Part shown: positions 24,291 to 36,959 of the stretch, in pieces
Numbering within the stretch: the stretch's first letter is position 1
Layout: every line of letters starts with the position of its first letter
Source of the DNA: Eledone cirrhosa
Lineage: Eukaryota
Direction: 5' to 3'
NCBI GenBank assembly: GCA_964016885.1
Contig: OZ024740.1
Location: forward strand, 426,870,001-426,934,000
Length of the DNA stretch: 64,000 bases
The notes under the pieces: generated by a model
The model's input: only the letters and a program-made list of their open reading frames with translations
What the model was told of the DNA's origin: nothing
The model's database searches: none
Program-made: the position numbers and the translations under genes

Positions 24291-24943
24291 TGCGTCAAGA
24301 TTTCTTTTCAAGTATTTTTTCTTCTTCAAGACTATAGCATCACATGACCTTCTTTTGAGGTTGGCTGTCTGTTGTAATCGATAGAAGTGGTAACACAATT
24401 GGCCCTTAAATTCATACAGCCTGAAAATCGCACCAAACTATTTCAACCATATATCTATATATATAAAACATAGGAGGTCTGTTTGTGCAAATCCCTAAAA
24501 CTCCAGATGTACTCGACTGACTTTTTTCAAACTTTACACATATGTTACTTATAATACTTGAAGTGCAATAGGCTAATAGAAATTTAACTTTTCATGTTAT
24601 TTTTTCATGTTCAAGTATGTAGCATCACGTGACCTTCATTTGAACATGTCTGTCGCTATAGTCAATTGACATAATCACACAATTGGTCGTTAAAGTTGAA
24701 CAACTTGAATATCGTGCAGGAGGAATTGAACTAGATATGTTTTATAAAAGCAAACTCTCACAATGGAAAATACATAGAAATTGAATCAGTCTAAGAAAAT
24801 ACATATCAAACTTACGATCATTGTCAAATCTGTTAGTAGGGAAAATTCAGTATTAATTTTAACTAACCAGTCAAATCGAATTGGTCAAAGGTCTCCGTAT
24901 GTCATTCACTATATAGATGTATATAATTGTGTGATTCTCGTGA

Positions 24944-25016
24944 GGGGAATTAGCTCAGATGGTAGAGCGCTCGCTTTGCATGCGAGAGGTACCGGGATCA
25001 ACGCCCGGATTCTCCA
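24944..25016 (+). tRNA. tRNA-Ala(TGC)
   Basis: cloverleaf, G3:U70; G57A. Confidence 0.92.
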
Positions 25017-25101
25017 AATGTAGGAGTTATATTACTATATATTTTGATGTTTCTACTTTTTACAATTTGCTATTATAGTTGTTGTTTCTGCTGTTGAATG
25101 T

Positions 25102-25288
25102 GATGGATTGGCAGTATCTGTAATCATCAGACAACATGCTTTACAGCATAGAGTTATGGCCCTTTACGTTCCGAGTTCAAATCGCGCCCATGTTAAATTA
25201 AAATAAATTAACAATAATGTACTGGGTATTTCACGGCCTTGTGCCAAAAGTACCAACAATTATTATTATTATTATTATTATTATTATT
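25102..25288 (+). mobile_element. decayed tRNA-derived SINE with (ATT)n tail (one per array unit)
   Basis: colinear with the SINE at 19743-19924 (ggattggcagtatc, catgcttt.cagcatag, cctttacg, gagttcaaatc, actgggta, ggccttgtgcc); central core deleted. Confidence 0.85.
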
Positions 25289-25504
25289 GAATGCTATGTT
25301 TGACGGAGGCTCGGCTCTGTAAGGTATTGTAAATTTTGAACGCTATAACAATTGTAAATTGTTTAAAACTTTAACGAACTTGTAGACAAAAACACCCTCC
25401 TCCTCGTGAGAGGGGTCTTTCTGCCCGTTATTTGGCCCTTCGGGGTTAAATAACTGCTTATTGGGGTTTTGTGCCTAATATTTATTTTAAACAAAAAAAA
25501 CAAC

Positions 25505-27601
25505 ATGGCTACGAAAAAGAATGTTCATAGGTCACTCCCACTCATTCCGTCTTCTTCTTCCTCAATCATCACTACAGCAGAGAGAAGATTGTCTCTCTCC
25601 CTCCCTTCTTTAAATGTGTCTCACTCCCTCCCTTCTCTTTCGCAAGAGACGACAGAAAAGAAAAGTCTCGTGCAAAGCGTGCAAGATTTCTCCACGACGA
25701 CGACAACGACGAAACAGGTGTGCGGGAAATACGAAAACCCATTTCATTCGTCTGACGTCAGGAATAATAGCAGTAGCAGCCGTAATAACAACAGCAACAG
25801 TGACAATGAAAACAACAGTAGCAGCCGCAACAGCATCACCAGCAGCATAAACAACAACAACATTAGCAGCAGCAACACCAACAACAACCACAGCAACAGC
25901 GGCGGCGGCAGTAGTCATTGTACCTGCAGTAACAACAAAAGTAACAGAAGCTCTGACGACAACAACAACAACACCACCAAAGAAAAACCAATCTCGTTTG
26001 CAGGTATCGCGAAGAACCTGGAAACAATCCTCATAACAAATGAGGAATTAGAGGAAGCGAAGAAGATGGTGACAAAGACTGGACACCGAGCAATCTGCAA
26101 GGCAGCGGAACATTTTTTCGAAACCCAACAGCACTGTACGGTCACGTACCGTACAGTAAGTACAAAATCCCGTAGGGTTGAAAGAGCCACAGAGGCTCAA
26201 ATACAAAAAGCCTTGGGGTCTGTGTGGCAGCGGAAAACGCACATCACCCGAGGCAAAAAATATGCCACCGTAGACGTACTTTTTGCCACACCCCAGGAGG
26301 CAAAGGCTCAATCCGTAGTGACCCTAAGGAGCGAGGAAATGGTGTTGGTGCCCTCCTACTGCGGGCAAAAAATTGTGAGGGTCAAACTGACCCCCCCCCC
26401 CGGGATGGCCCCTTCTTGGCTGGCCGCGTCTGTCCTCGTCGGAATCGAGGACAAAACAACTGTACTGCAAGTACAGAAAAAAGTAAGAGAAGATTGGGAC
26501 GGCACCTCCATTGAGATGTTAATCCAAACCAACCAGGAGTGCATCGAAGCTATCCCGGATGTGATAGACTTCGATAACCGCACACAACTGCCCATAAGTG
26601 TTGAGGGCAAACGCCCGAAATGCTTTCGCTGTGGATCGAAAACTCACCTCAGTGCCTTCAGCAACGAGAAGACCCTGAGAAAGGAGAAAACCCCCCTCCT
26701 TCCGAAACCGGCTCCACGGCTACCAGCAACAGGACAAGCGGCAACCAGGAACGATAGGTCCGTGGCACCCATACCCACGCCACGGAAATCAAAAACAGCA
26801 GCAGCAGTGGAAATATTAACAACAACAACAGCAATACCAAATGTAGCTGCAACAGAGACTCCAGTGCAAACATCACCAACAACAACAAGTGAAAGAGTGG
26901 AGCTGGTACCCCTCCCCGACCTCACAGAATCAGACATGGAGTGTGAGGTGGGAGAGGGATGGCAAAAGGTCGTAAGAAGACACAAACGCAGAAGCAGCGT
27001 ATCGTCGCCTTTGAAAAGGGAGGAAAGAAATGAGAAAAGGGTAAAGTCTACTACAAAGAGACTCACAGCAGCAACACCACCAACACCATCACCACCCACA
27101 CTAGCACCACCATCACCCTAGGCGACAACACCACCGCCAACAACACCTTCTACACCACTACCACAAGCACCAACATCGCAAACACAACAACAAAACACAC
27201 ACACCCAGCAACAACTACAAGAAAATAGCAGAACCACACCCCACCCCCAGAAAAACAAATGCACGGCAATAAATACACACAACAAGAAACTAATGACTTA
27301 CATAATTGAACACACAGACATTTCACAACACAACTACATAATACCAGCACCAATCAAAACGCCAACTAACATAAGACTGCTAAAAATAGCACAGAAACAA
27401 TACACAAACATGAAAACGAAATTCCCCAACGCAGTTGGTGATTTCAGGGACATAGGAGGAACTATCAATCAAAGAGTATATTCGGACATACTCATAGAAG
27501 AGCCGACGACCAGCCGAAGGGACGATTCAACGGTCCCTTCACCAGACGATCAAGTGAAAAGGGATGTAAAAACCATCCCTCCTCTACGAAAAGTACGGTA
27601 A
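25505..27601 (+). pseudogene. ORF1 (gag-like), copy 1
   Basis: MATKK...; VEGKRPKCFRCGSKTHLSAFS (knuckle with last Cys lost); stop at 27119, C-terminus ...PLRKVR* homologous to copy 2. Confidence 0.85.
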
Positions 27602-27636
27602 GTGGTCTTTCCCATCTTTTCCACTCTATTTTAAAC

Positions 27637-30600
27637 ATGACCTCACTCAGAATAGGCAGCATAAATGCGCGTGGCTTGGGGTTGTCATGGAAGGAGGGTC
27701 ACCTGCTCAACGACCTAAGGTCAATAAATATAGGTGTAGTGGCCATCAGCGAGACCAGAATCTCCGAAGCACGGGCCTTCGCACCGATCTTCGGCGGCTA
27801 CGATGTGTACGCATCTCCCAGCCGTCCTGAATCGGGGGGAGGAGTTGCTGTGCTTTTTCGGAGAGGTTTGGATCTCGCCATATGGGCAATCTTCCTGGAC
27901 CCAGAGGGTAAGCTGGTGGTGCTGGACGTGACCAGCGGAGACGGGCAAGCTTTCAGGCTAGTGGCCGTCTATGCCCCGACAGGAGCAGGGCTGCCTGATT
28001 TCTTCCGGCGTCTGGAGACCTTTCTTGGAACGTCCCGCTCTTTAGTGTTAGATGCACGTTGGGACTGTGTGGGATTAGTGGATAGGGAAGGAGGGTGCAA
28101 GAGTCTCACCAACCTGGTCAGACGTTTTGAACTGTCTGACAGGTACCGAATGGATTTCCCGAATGTACCAATGTGGACTTGGACAAATCGCATAGGGTCA
28201 TCCAGATCATATCTAGATAGAGTATTTTGTAGGGAAATAGATAGGTCTAGCATAGGCTGTCCACAATTCAAGATAGTCAGCTACACGGACCACAAATTCG
28301 TGATCTGTGTGCTTGACTTAGATAGGTTTCATAGACGAGGACCCGGCTACTGGAAGCTAAATGCGTCCTTACCAGCGCACAAGGCCTACTGAGACCGGAT
28401 TAGCGAACTAGTTAAGCGGGCGTTGACGGGGGCCATCGTCAACAACAAGTTGTGGTTTGCTCTGAAAAGAGCGATTAAAATAGAATCCATTAGGTTTAGT
28501 AAGGCTTTAGCAATAGAGAAAAATAGAGCAGAGGGAGAACTAGTTAGAAAATTAGACGAGGCGCTAAGCAAAGGCATTGCGACCGACGTGCTTGCGGCGA
28601 AATTGGCCCTTGACCAATTCTTCAATGCAAAGCACGAAGGTTGCATTGTCAGAGCAAGGGTGCGGTCTCTCAGACACGAGGGGACGAAAGCCGGTCAATG
28701 GGCCCGAGTGGCGGAGGCGCGTCGTGGCAACAAAGCCACGATCCGGTCTTTGGTGGACCACGACGGGCGCATGCTACTCGATCCCGGGAAAATGTGTGAA
28801 GCTTTTCAGCGACACTTTGCTCAGCTGTTCGGGGGCAGCTGTGGGCCGGGTCGAGGGATGGACTTTAGTGTCTACCTCGACGGACTGCCGCGGCTCTCGG
28901 CCACTGAGGCGAAGTGTTGCGAAAAGCCGATAACAGCCGCTGAAGTAAGGGAGGCAATGACTGGCTGCACAAGGGGTAAATCGCCTGGTTTGGATGGTCT
29001 GCCCTATGAAATTTACGTACAGATGCCAGACTTGTTCGGAGGCCTCTTGGCGGACGTCTACTGCAACTGGCAACAGAACGGGAGAATTCCCAGTTCTGTG
29101 AGCCGAGGAGCGGTGGCACTGCTGAGAAAGGATCCGAACAAGGGGGATAACATAGATAATTTTAGGCCCATAACTCTGCTAAACACAGAGTTCAAGATTT
29201 TTGCCAAGGTGCTAGCAAAGAGGTTGGCGCTTGTCGTTGGTGGTCTGGTGGGAGAGGCGCAGACATGCGCCATTCCTGACAGATCCATCCACGACAACCT
29301 CCACCTCATGCCATACATCGTAGAGAGGGTAGCTAGGGAACCTGGCACGGGTGGGTCTTTGATCAATTTAGATCAGTCGAAAGCTTTCGATAGGGTCGAC
29401 CATCGTTACCTAGCGGCAGTCCTGAGGGCGGCTGGCTTTGGGCCCGTCTTCAGAGGCTGGATCGCTGCTATGCACAGCGACATCTGCTCTGTGGTGAGAG
29501 TGAACGGTCACCTGTCGGAACCGTACAACATCATGCGCTCGGTCCGCCAAGGATGTCCCCTCTCGTCCCTCTTGTACGTATTGACATTCGAGCCATTACT
29601 GCACAAACTGGAGACGTTGAGGGCCGTCCCGCGCGAACTAGGATGCGGAAGATCCGTGTCAGCATATGCGGACGATGTCACCGTAGTGGTGTCGAACGCC
29701 AAACACATCGAGACGATCGGCACTACACTAAGAGAATACGAAGCGGTGACAGGAGCAATGATCAACCAGGAAAAGTCAGTGGGCCTGCAGCTCGGCACCT
29801 GGAGAGGCAGGTCCATGCTGTCCAACAGCGTCGTCGGACGCTGGACGGACGGACCGGTTAAATTGCTAGGGGTCTGGTTCGGTCCGGACCTCCAGACGGA
29901 CAAAAACTGGAACGAGGGGACGAGCAGGGTGGCTTCTCTCACCCAGAAATGGGCCGAGAGGAAGCTATCCCTGAAAGGTCAAGCGGAGGTGGCTAACGCG
30001 TACATCGCGTCTGTCATCTGCTACCGCCTGACCGTCGTACCTTGTCCTAAGCCTCGCCTGACTGCGCTGGAGCGTTTGCTCTTCCGCTTTTTGAGGAAGG
30101 GACGCGCTCCGATGGTCAGGCGGTCCATCTGTTGTCAACCCCGCTACGTGGAGGGCTGGGCATGCCGTGGCTGATGATGCGCAGGCACGCGCTCAGGCTA
30201 CGACATCTCCACCTCTTCCTCGACGGTGATCAGGTGTGGTCGCCGTTTGCTAGACACGTATTTCCCCAGCTCGTTTCCTTGACGGAGCTGCAGTCCTGGG
30301 TCAAGCGAAGACCGAGAGGGAGCGCCTGGAGACTGGAATGTCTTCAGGCGCTCACAGCCCTCGACCAATCGGGCAATGTGATCGGTGGAAACTCCACCTC
30401 GGCGTTCTATAGAGGATTAGTGGAGGAGAAGAGCGACGACGTACTTGGAGAAACTCTAGGCATCAACGAAAATCAACTAGCCAATCTCTTCGGAAGAACT
30501 TTCGGGCCAGGGCCTATGGACAACTTCCAGAAATCTTTGGCCTGGCAGTGCTACCGAGGAGCCTTGCCAGTTCGGGATAAACTCTACAGGCATGGAGGTG

Positions 30601-31031
30601 CCGTCAGCCGGGCATGTCTGAGATGCGCGCAGGGCGACGAAACCGTCCTGCACGCATTCGTCCAGTGTCCGAAAATTGCTGACTTGTGGGTTTATGTGGA
30701 ACACCTGCTGTCGCGTTTAGGACGGATCCGGCTATCATCTGAGTCCATCGTGAGGATTGCCCCGCCCTCCTCCTTTAGCCGGGAAGGGCAGGAAGTTTTT
30801 ATCTGTCTGGTGGCCATGGCGAAAGAGTTAGTATGGTAAACACGTTTGAAAGGGCTGAAGACGAGCACTTACCTCTTCGGTGATTCCCTGATTGACTTTT
30901 TCAAATTTCATTTGATAAGGAAAATCAGAGTAGAGAGGGAAGTGCTCTCTTCCCAGCATTTTGTTGAAAGATGGGTGAGAGAAGCAAGAATGGCCCGAGT
31001 GAATGGGCCTACTCTGAGTATATATCTGTAA
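27637..31031 (+). pseudogene. ORF2 (APE endonuclease, RT, CCHC), copy 1
   Basis: SINARG, ISET, YAPT, YLDR, YTDH, WKLN, SPGLDG, FRPITLLN, DQSKAFDRV, QGCPLS, YADD, CLRC..ETVLHAFVQC; 24-nt deletion removing GDWN, stops at 28390 and 30837, frameshift ~30140. Confidence 0.93.
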
Positions 31032-31510
31032 ATTAAAGGTGGAAAACTGGGAGAGGGCACTTGCCTTGGTGGTCAGGGTCATTGTGGCCTTTTACTGGGC
31101 TTTCTCCACAAATGTCCCTCCGAAGTCTCCCCCCTATTGGGGAATTTTTCTTTGTTATTTTTTTGTCACATCCTCTGTTTTTGTCTTTTACACGCAGAAA
31201 TGCCCATTTGTACCGTCCTGTATTGTCCTGCACTGTCCTTAATGTCTACTTTATGTAAACCCTTGTGGTTAATAAAGAAATCATTATTATTATTATTATT
31301 ATTGGCGACCTACGTAGTAAATCGTATCATTGTGAGCTCCGCAAAGGTTTGTTATTTCCGTTTGTTAAAAATTGTCATTTATGGAAAATTTTATTGTTAA
31401 CTGTTTATAATCGCACATTCATTGTTTTCCGAAAAGGACACCCAAAAAGATTGGGGCCTTGTGCCCAAAATTTATACTTTTATTATTATCAAAAATTTCT
31501 TTGAAAAAAA

Positions 31511-33507
31511 ATGGCTAATTCACCTCTGCACCAAGCAGTTGAAAGCCTTCCTCACAAATTAACACCTCACACCGACACCACCATTGTAAATGTTACTACA
31601 TTTGCCAACACAAAAAAAAATATAAGCAGTAGCAATATTTTAAATTTGTCTCAGGCAGACATTCATTTCCCGCCATTACCAATGACTGCAGGTGTTAAAG
31701 CCTCCACCACCACCACCACCGCGACAACCACCACCCCCACCACCACCGCCACAACAGAAACAAAAGAAGAAAAAAATAAATTAACTCGTGATGTCGAAAT
31801 GAAATCAAGCAAAATGGACTCTTCCCCACCAAAGACGACTGACGTCACCACCACCACAACTGAAACTAAAATTAATATTAACACAAATAACGATAGCAAC
31901 AACAACAACAATGACATTATAAAACCGACCCTCAGTTTCGCCAGAGTAGCAAAACAGTTCGAAGCATTTACGGTAACTCAGGAGGATTTAGAAAATGCCA
32001 AACAAATGTTAAAGAAAGATGGGTACAGGGTCAGCCCCCCCCCTCACCTAATAAAATGGAGCATCGGCGCCTATGCACCGTGTCGTATAGAACAATAAAT
32101 GTAAAATCGCGCCGAGTGGGACGGGCATCCGAGTCCCAAATCCAAAAAGTTTTGGGACATGTGTGGGTAAGAAAAACCCACATCAGACGTGGGAAAAAGT
32201 ATGGAACCGTGGACGTGTTCTTTGAAACACCAGAGGAGGCTAGAGAACACTCCATGGCCCCATTAAGAAGTGACGACTTCACACTCGTCCCAAGCTATTG
32301 TGGCCAGAGACTCGTAAAGATCAGGGTGACCCACGTTCCACCGGCCATCGAAATTCCATGGCTAATAGCGGCCGTCCTCGCCGGCATCGAAGCCAACACA
32401 AAAATAATAGCAATAGCAAAAGAAAAGCAGGAGAACTGGTCCGGATCTGGGATGGAGCTCCTGATCCAAGCGGACCAAAAAAGCATTGAGGAGATCCCAG
32501 AGGTAATAGACCTCACTGACGGCAGCCACCTCACGGTAATTGTCGAGGGCAGAAGACCTAGGTGTGTCGTTTGTGGTGAAGGAACCCACCTAAGGGCTTT
32601 CTGCCCTCAGGCTAAAAGGTTGAGGCCACCTCTCCTACCCACCCCAGTGACACAACCATCAACACCACCAGTAGCAGAGATGGCAGCAACAACTGTAGCA
32701 GCAAAAACAGAAGCAACTATAACAGCAACAACCCCAGCAACAGTAGCAAAACCAACACCACCACCACCACCAGCAAAACCAACACCACCACCACCCAACG
32801 CTTCAGAACTAGCACCAGCGCCTACACCATCCTCCACGCCAAAACCAAAACTAACGCCTGTGGAGGATTTTCCACTCCCCGGCCTATCACAACTGGAGAC
32901 AGATTGTGACGACGAGGAGTGGGAAACGATATCCGGAAAAAAAAAAGAAACCACCAAAAAAGAAAAAAATTCTCTTCCTTCCCCCTCCAAAAACAAAATA
33001 CAGAGGGAAACAAATAAACTAAGAAACAAAAAAGTTAGGACAGATATGCCACCATCCACACCAGCATCACCAACCCCATCAACCCAAACACCAACACCAT
33101 CACCATCATTAACTCCAACACCACCATCACCTACACCACAAAAGGCACCAAAATGCGAAACAGAAACAAACCCACAACAAACGCAAACAAAACAAAACGA
33201 CCAAAACGATACACACTACACAGCATTAAATTTGAACAACAAGCAATTATTACACTACATCCAACACAACACCAGCATCACAGAAAAAGACTACACAACA
33301 ACCCCAAAATTCACACCACCTCCACACATACAAATCACTCGCATCACACAGAAAACGTACATGACACTAAAACAAAAATTCCCCAAAGACATCGGAGACT
33401 TCCGACAAGCACTCTCCAGGAGGATTTATAAGGACATCCTTCCTGAGGAGGCCACAAGCAGTGAAAAGGATGGAAAAACCGTCCTTCCCCTTCGAGAAGT
33501 AAGGTAA
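31511..33507 (+). pseudogene. ORF1 (gag-like), copy 2
   Basis: one frameshift near the poly-C run ~32035-32043; intact CX2CX4HX4C knuckle CVVCGEGTHLRAFC; Pro/Thr-rich tail. Confidence 0.87.
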
Positions 33508-33541
33508 GTGGTCTTTCCCATCTTTTCCACTTCTTTTCAAT

Positions 33542-36500
33542 ATGACCTCACTCAGAATAGGCAGCATAAATGCGCGTGACTTGGGGTCGTCATGGAAGCA
33601 GAGCCACCTGCTCAACGACCTCAGGTCACTAAACATAGATGTAGTGGGCATCAGCGAGACCAGAATCTCCGAAGCACAGGCTTTCGCACCGATCTTCGGC
33701 GGCTACGATGTGTACGCATCTCCCAGCCGTCCGGGATCGGGGGGAGGAGTTGCTGTGCTTTTTCGGAGAGGTTTGGATCTTGCCATACGGGCCATCTTCC
33801 TGGACCCAGAAGGTAAGTTGGTGGTGCTGGACGTGACCAGCGGAGACGGGCAAGCTTTCAGGTTAGTGGCCGTCTATGCCCCGACAAGAGCAGGGCTGCC
33901 TGATTTCTTCCGGCGTCTGGAGACCTTTCTTGGCACGTCCCGCTCCTTAGTGCTAGTGGGCGACTGGAACGGGATCTTAGATGCACGCTGGGATTGTGTG
34001 GGATTAGTGGATAGGGAAGGAGGGTGCAAGAGTCTCACCAACCTGCTCAGACGTTTTGAACTGTCTGACAGGTACCGAATGGATTTCCCGAATGTACCAA
34101 TGTGGACTTGGACAAATCGCATAGGGTCATCCAGATCATATCTAGATAGAGTATTTTGTAGGGAAATAGATAGGTCTAGCATAGGCTGTCCACAATTCAA
34201 GATAGTCAGCTACACGGACCACAAATTCGTGATCTGTGTGCTTGATTTAGATAGGCTTCATAGGCGAGGACCCGGCTACTGGAAGCTAAACGTGTCCTTA
34301 CCAGCGCGCAAGGCCTACAGAGACCGGATTAGCGAACTAGTTAAGCGGGCGTTGACGGGGGCCATCGTCAACAACAAGTGGTGGTTTGCTCTGAAAAGAG
34401 CAATTAGAATAGAGTCCATTAGGTTTAGTAAGACTTTAGCAATAGAGAAAAATAGAGCAGAGGGAGAACTAGTGAGAAAATTAGATGAGGCGCTTAGCAA
34501 AGGCATCGCGACCGACGTACTTGCGGCGAAATTGGCCCTTGACCAATTCTTCAATGCAAAGCACGAAGGCTGCGTTGTCAGAGCTAGGGCGCGTGCTCTC
34601 AGACACGAGGGGACGAAAGCCGTTCAATGGGCCCGAGTGGCGGAGGCGCGTCGTGGCAACAAAGACACGATCCGGTCTTTGGTGGACCACGACGGGCGCA
34701 TGCTACTCGATCCCGGGAAAATGTGTGAAGCTTTTCAGCGACACTTCGCTCAACTGTTCGGGGGAAGTGGCGGGCCGGATCGAGGGATGGACTTTAGTGT
34801 CTACCTCGACGGACTGCCGCGGCTCTCGGGCACTGAGGCGGAGTGTTGCGAAAAGCCGATAACAACCGCTGAAGTACGGGATGCAATGACTAGTTGCATA
34901 AGGGGTAAATCGCCTGGTTTGGATGGTCTGCCCTATGAACTTTACGTACAAATGCCAAACTTGTTCGGAGGCCTCTTGGTGGACGTCTACTGCAACTGGC
35001 AACAGAACGGGAGAATTCCCAGCTCTGTGAGCCGAGGAGCGGTGGCGCTGCTGAGAAAGGATCCGAACAAGGGGTATAACATAGATAATTTTAGGCCCAC
35101 AACTCTGCTAAACACAGAGTTCAAGATTTTGGCCAAGGTGCTAGCAAAGAGGTTGGCGCTTGTCGTTGGTGGTCTGGTGGGAGAGGCACAGACATGCGCC
35201 ATTCCCGACAGATCCATTCACGACAACCTCCACCTCATGCGATACATCGTAGAGAGGGTAGCTAGGGAACCTGGCACGGGTGGGTCTTTGATCAATTTAG
35301 ATCAGTCGAAAGCCTTCGATAGGGTCGACCATCGTTACCTAGCGGCAGTCCTGAGGGCGGCTGGCTTTGGGCCCGTCTTCAGAGGCTGGATCGCTGCCAT
35401 GCACAGCGACATCTGCTAGGTAGTGAGAGTGAACAGTCACCTTTCGGAACCGTTCAACTTCATGCGCACGGTCCGCCAAGGATGTCCCCTCTCGTCCCTC
35501 TTGTATGTATTGACTCTCGAGCCATTACTGCACAAACTGGAGACGTTGAGGGGGGTCCCGCGCGAACTAGGATGTGGGAGAACGTGTCAGCATATGCCGA
35601 CGATGTCACCGTAGTGGTGTCGAACGCCAAACACATCGAGGCGATCGGCACAATACTAAGAGAATACGAAGCGGTGACAGGAGCAATGATCAACCAGGAA
35701 AAGTCAGTGGGCCTGCAGCTCGGCACCTGGAGAGGCAGGTACATGCCGTCCAACAGCGTCATCGGGCGCTGGACGGACGGACCGGTTAAATTGCTAGGGG
35801 TCTGGTTCGGTCCAGACCTCCAGACGGACAAAAACTGGGACGAGGTGACGAGCAGGGTGGCTTCTCTCACCCAGAAATGGGCCGAGAGGAAGCTATCCCT
35901 GAAAGGTCGAGCGGAGGTGGTTAACGCGTACATCGCGTCCGTCATCTACTACCGCCTGACCGTCGTACCTTGCCCTAAGCCCCGCCTGACTGCGCTGGAG
36001 CGTTTGCTCTTTCGCTTCTTGTGGAAAGGACGCGCTCCGATGGTCAGGGAGTACATCTGCTGTCAACACCCGCTACGTGGAGGGCTGGGCATGCCGTGGC
36101 TGATGATGCGCAGACACGCGCTCAGGCTACGACATCTCCACCTCTTCCTCGACGGTGATCAGGTGTGGTCGCCGTTTGCTAGACACGTTTTTCCCCAGCT
36201 CGTCTCCTTGACGGAGCTGCAGTCCTGGGTCAAGCGAAGACCGAGAGGGAGCGCTTGGAGACTGGAATGTCTTCAGGCGCTCACAGCCCTCGACCAATCG
36301 GGCAATGTGATCGGTGGAAACTCCACCTCGGCGTTCTATAGAGGATTAGTGGAGGAGAAGAGCGACGACGTACTTGTAGAAACTCTAGGCGTCAACGAAA
36401 ATCAACTAGCCAATCTCTTCGGAAGGACTTTCGGGCCGGGGCCTATGGACAACTTCCAGAAATCCCTGGCCTGGCAGTGCTACCGGGGTGCTTTGCCAGT

Positions 36501-36959
36501 TCGGGATAAACTTTACAGGCATGGAGGTGCCGTCAGCCGGGCATTCCGAGATGCGCACAGGGCGACGAAACCGTCCTGCACGCACTCGTCCAGTGTCCGA
36601 GCATTGCTGACTTGTGGGTTTGTTTCGAACACCTGCTGTCACGTGTAGAACGGATCCAGCTATCAGCTGAGTCCATCGTGAGTATTGCCCCGCCCGCTTC
36701 CTTTAGCCGGGAAGGGCAGGCAGTTTTTATCTGTCTGGTGGCCATGGCGAAAGAGTTAGTATGGTGGACACGTTTGAAAGGGCTGAAGACGAGCACTTAC
36801 CTCTTCGGTGATGCCCTGATTAACTTTTTCAAATTTCATTTGAAAAGGAAAATCAGGGTAGAGAGGGAAGTGCTCTCTTCCCAGCATTTTGTTGAAAGAT
36901 GGGTGAGAGAAGCAAGTATGGCCCGAATGAATGGGCCTTCTCTGAGTATGTGTCTGTAA
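33542..36959 (+). pseudogene. ORF2 (APE endonuclease, RT, CCHC), copy 2
   Basis: intact APE incl. GDWN; stop at 35417, frameshifts ~35580 and ~36545; YADD present. Confidence 0.93.

Larger units (their letters stand above)
25289..31303 (+). mobile_element. Tx1/L1-group non-LTR retrotransposon, copy 1 (apparently full length, disrupted)
   Basis: 5'UTR, ORF1 with zinc knuckle, ORF2 APE-RT-CCHC, 3'UTR with AATAAA and (ATT)n tail; (ATT)n also upstream. Confidence 0.93.
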
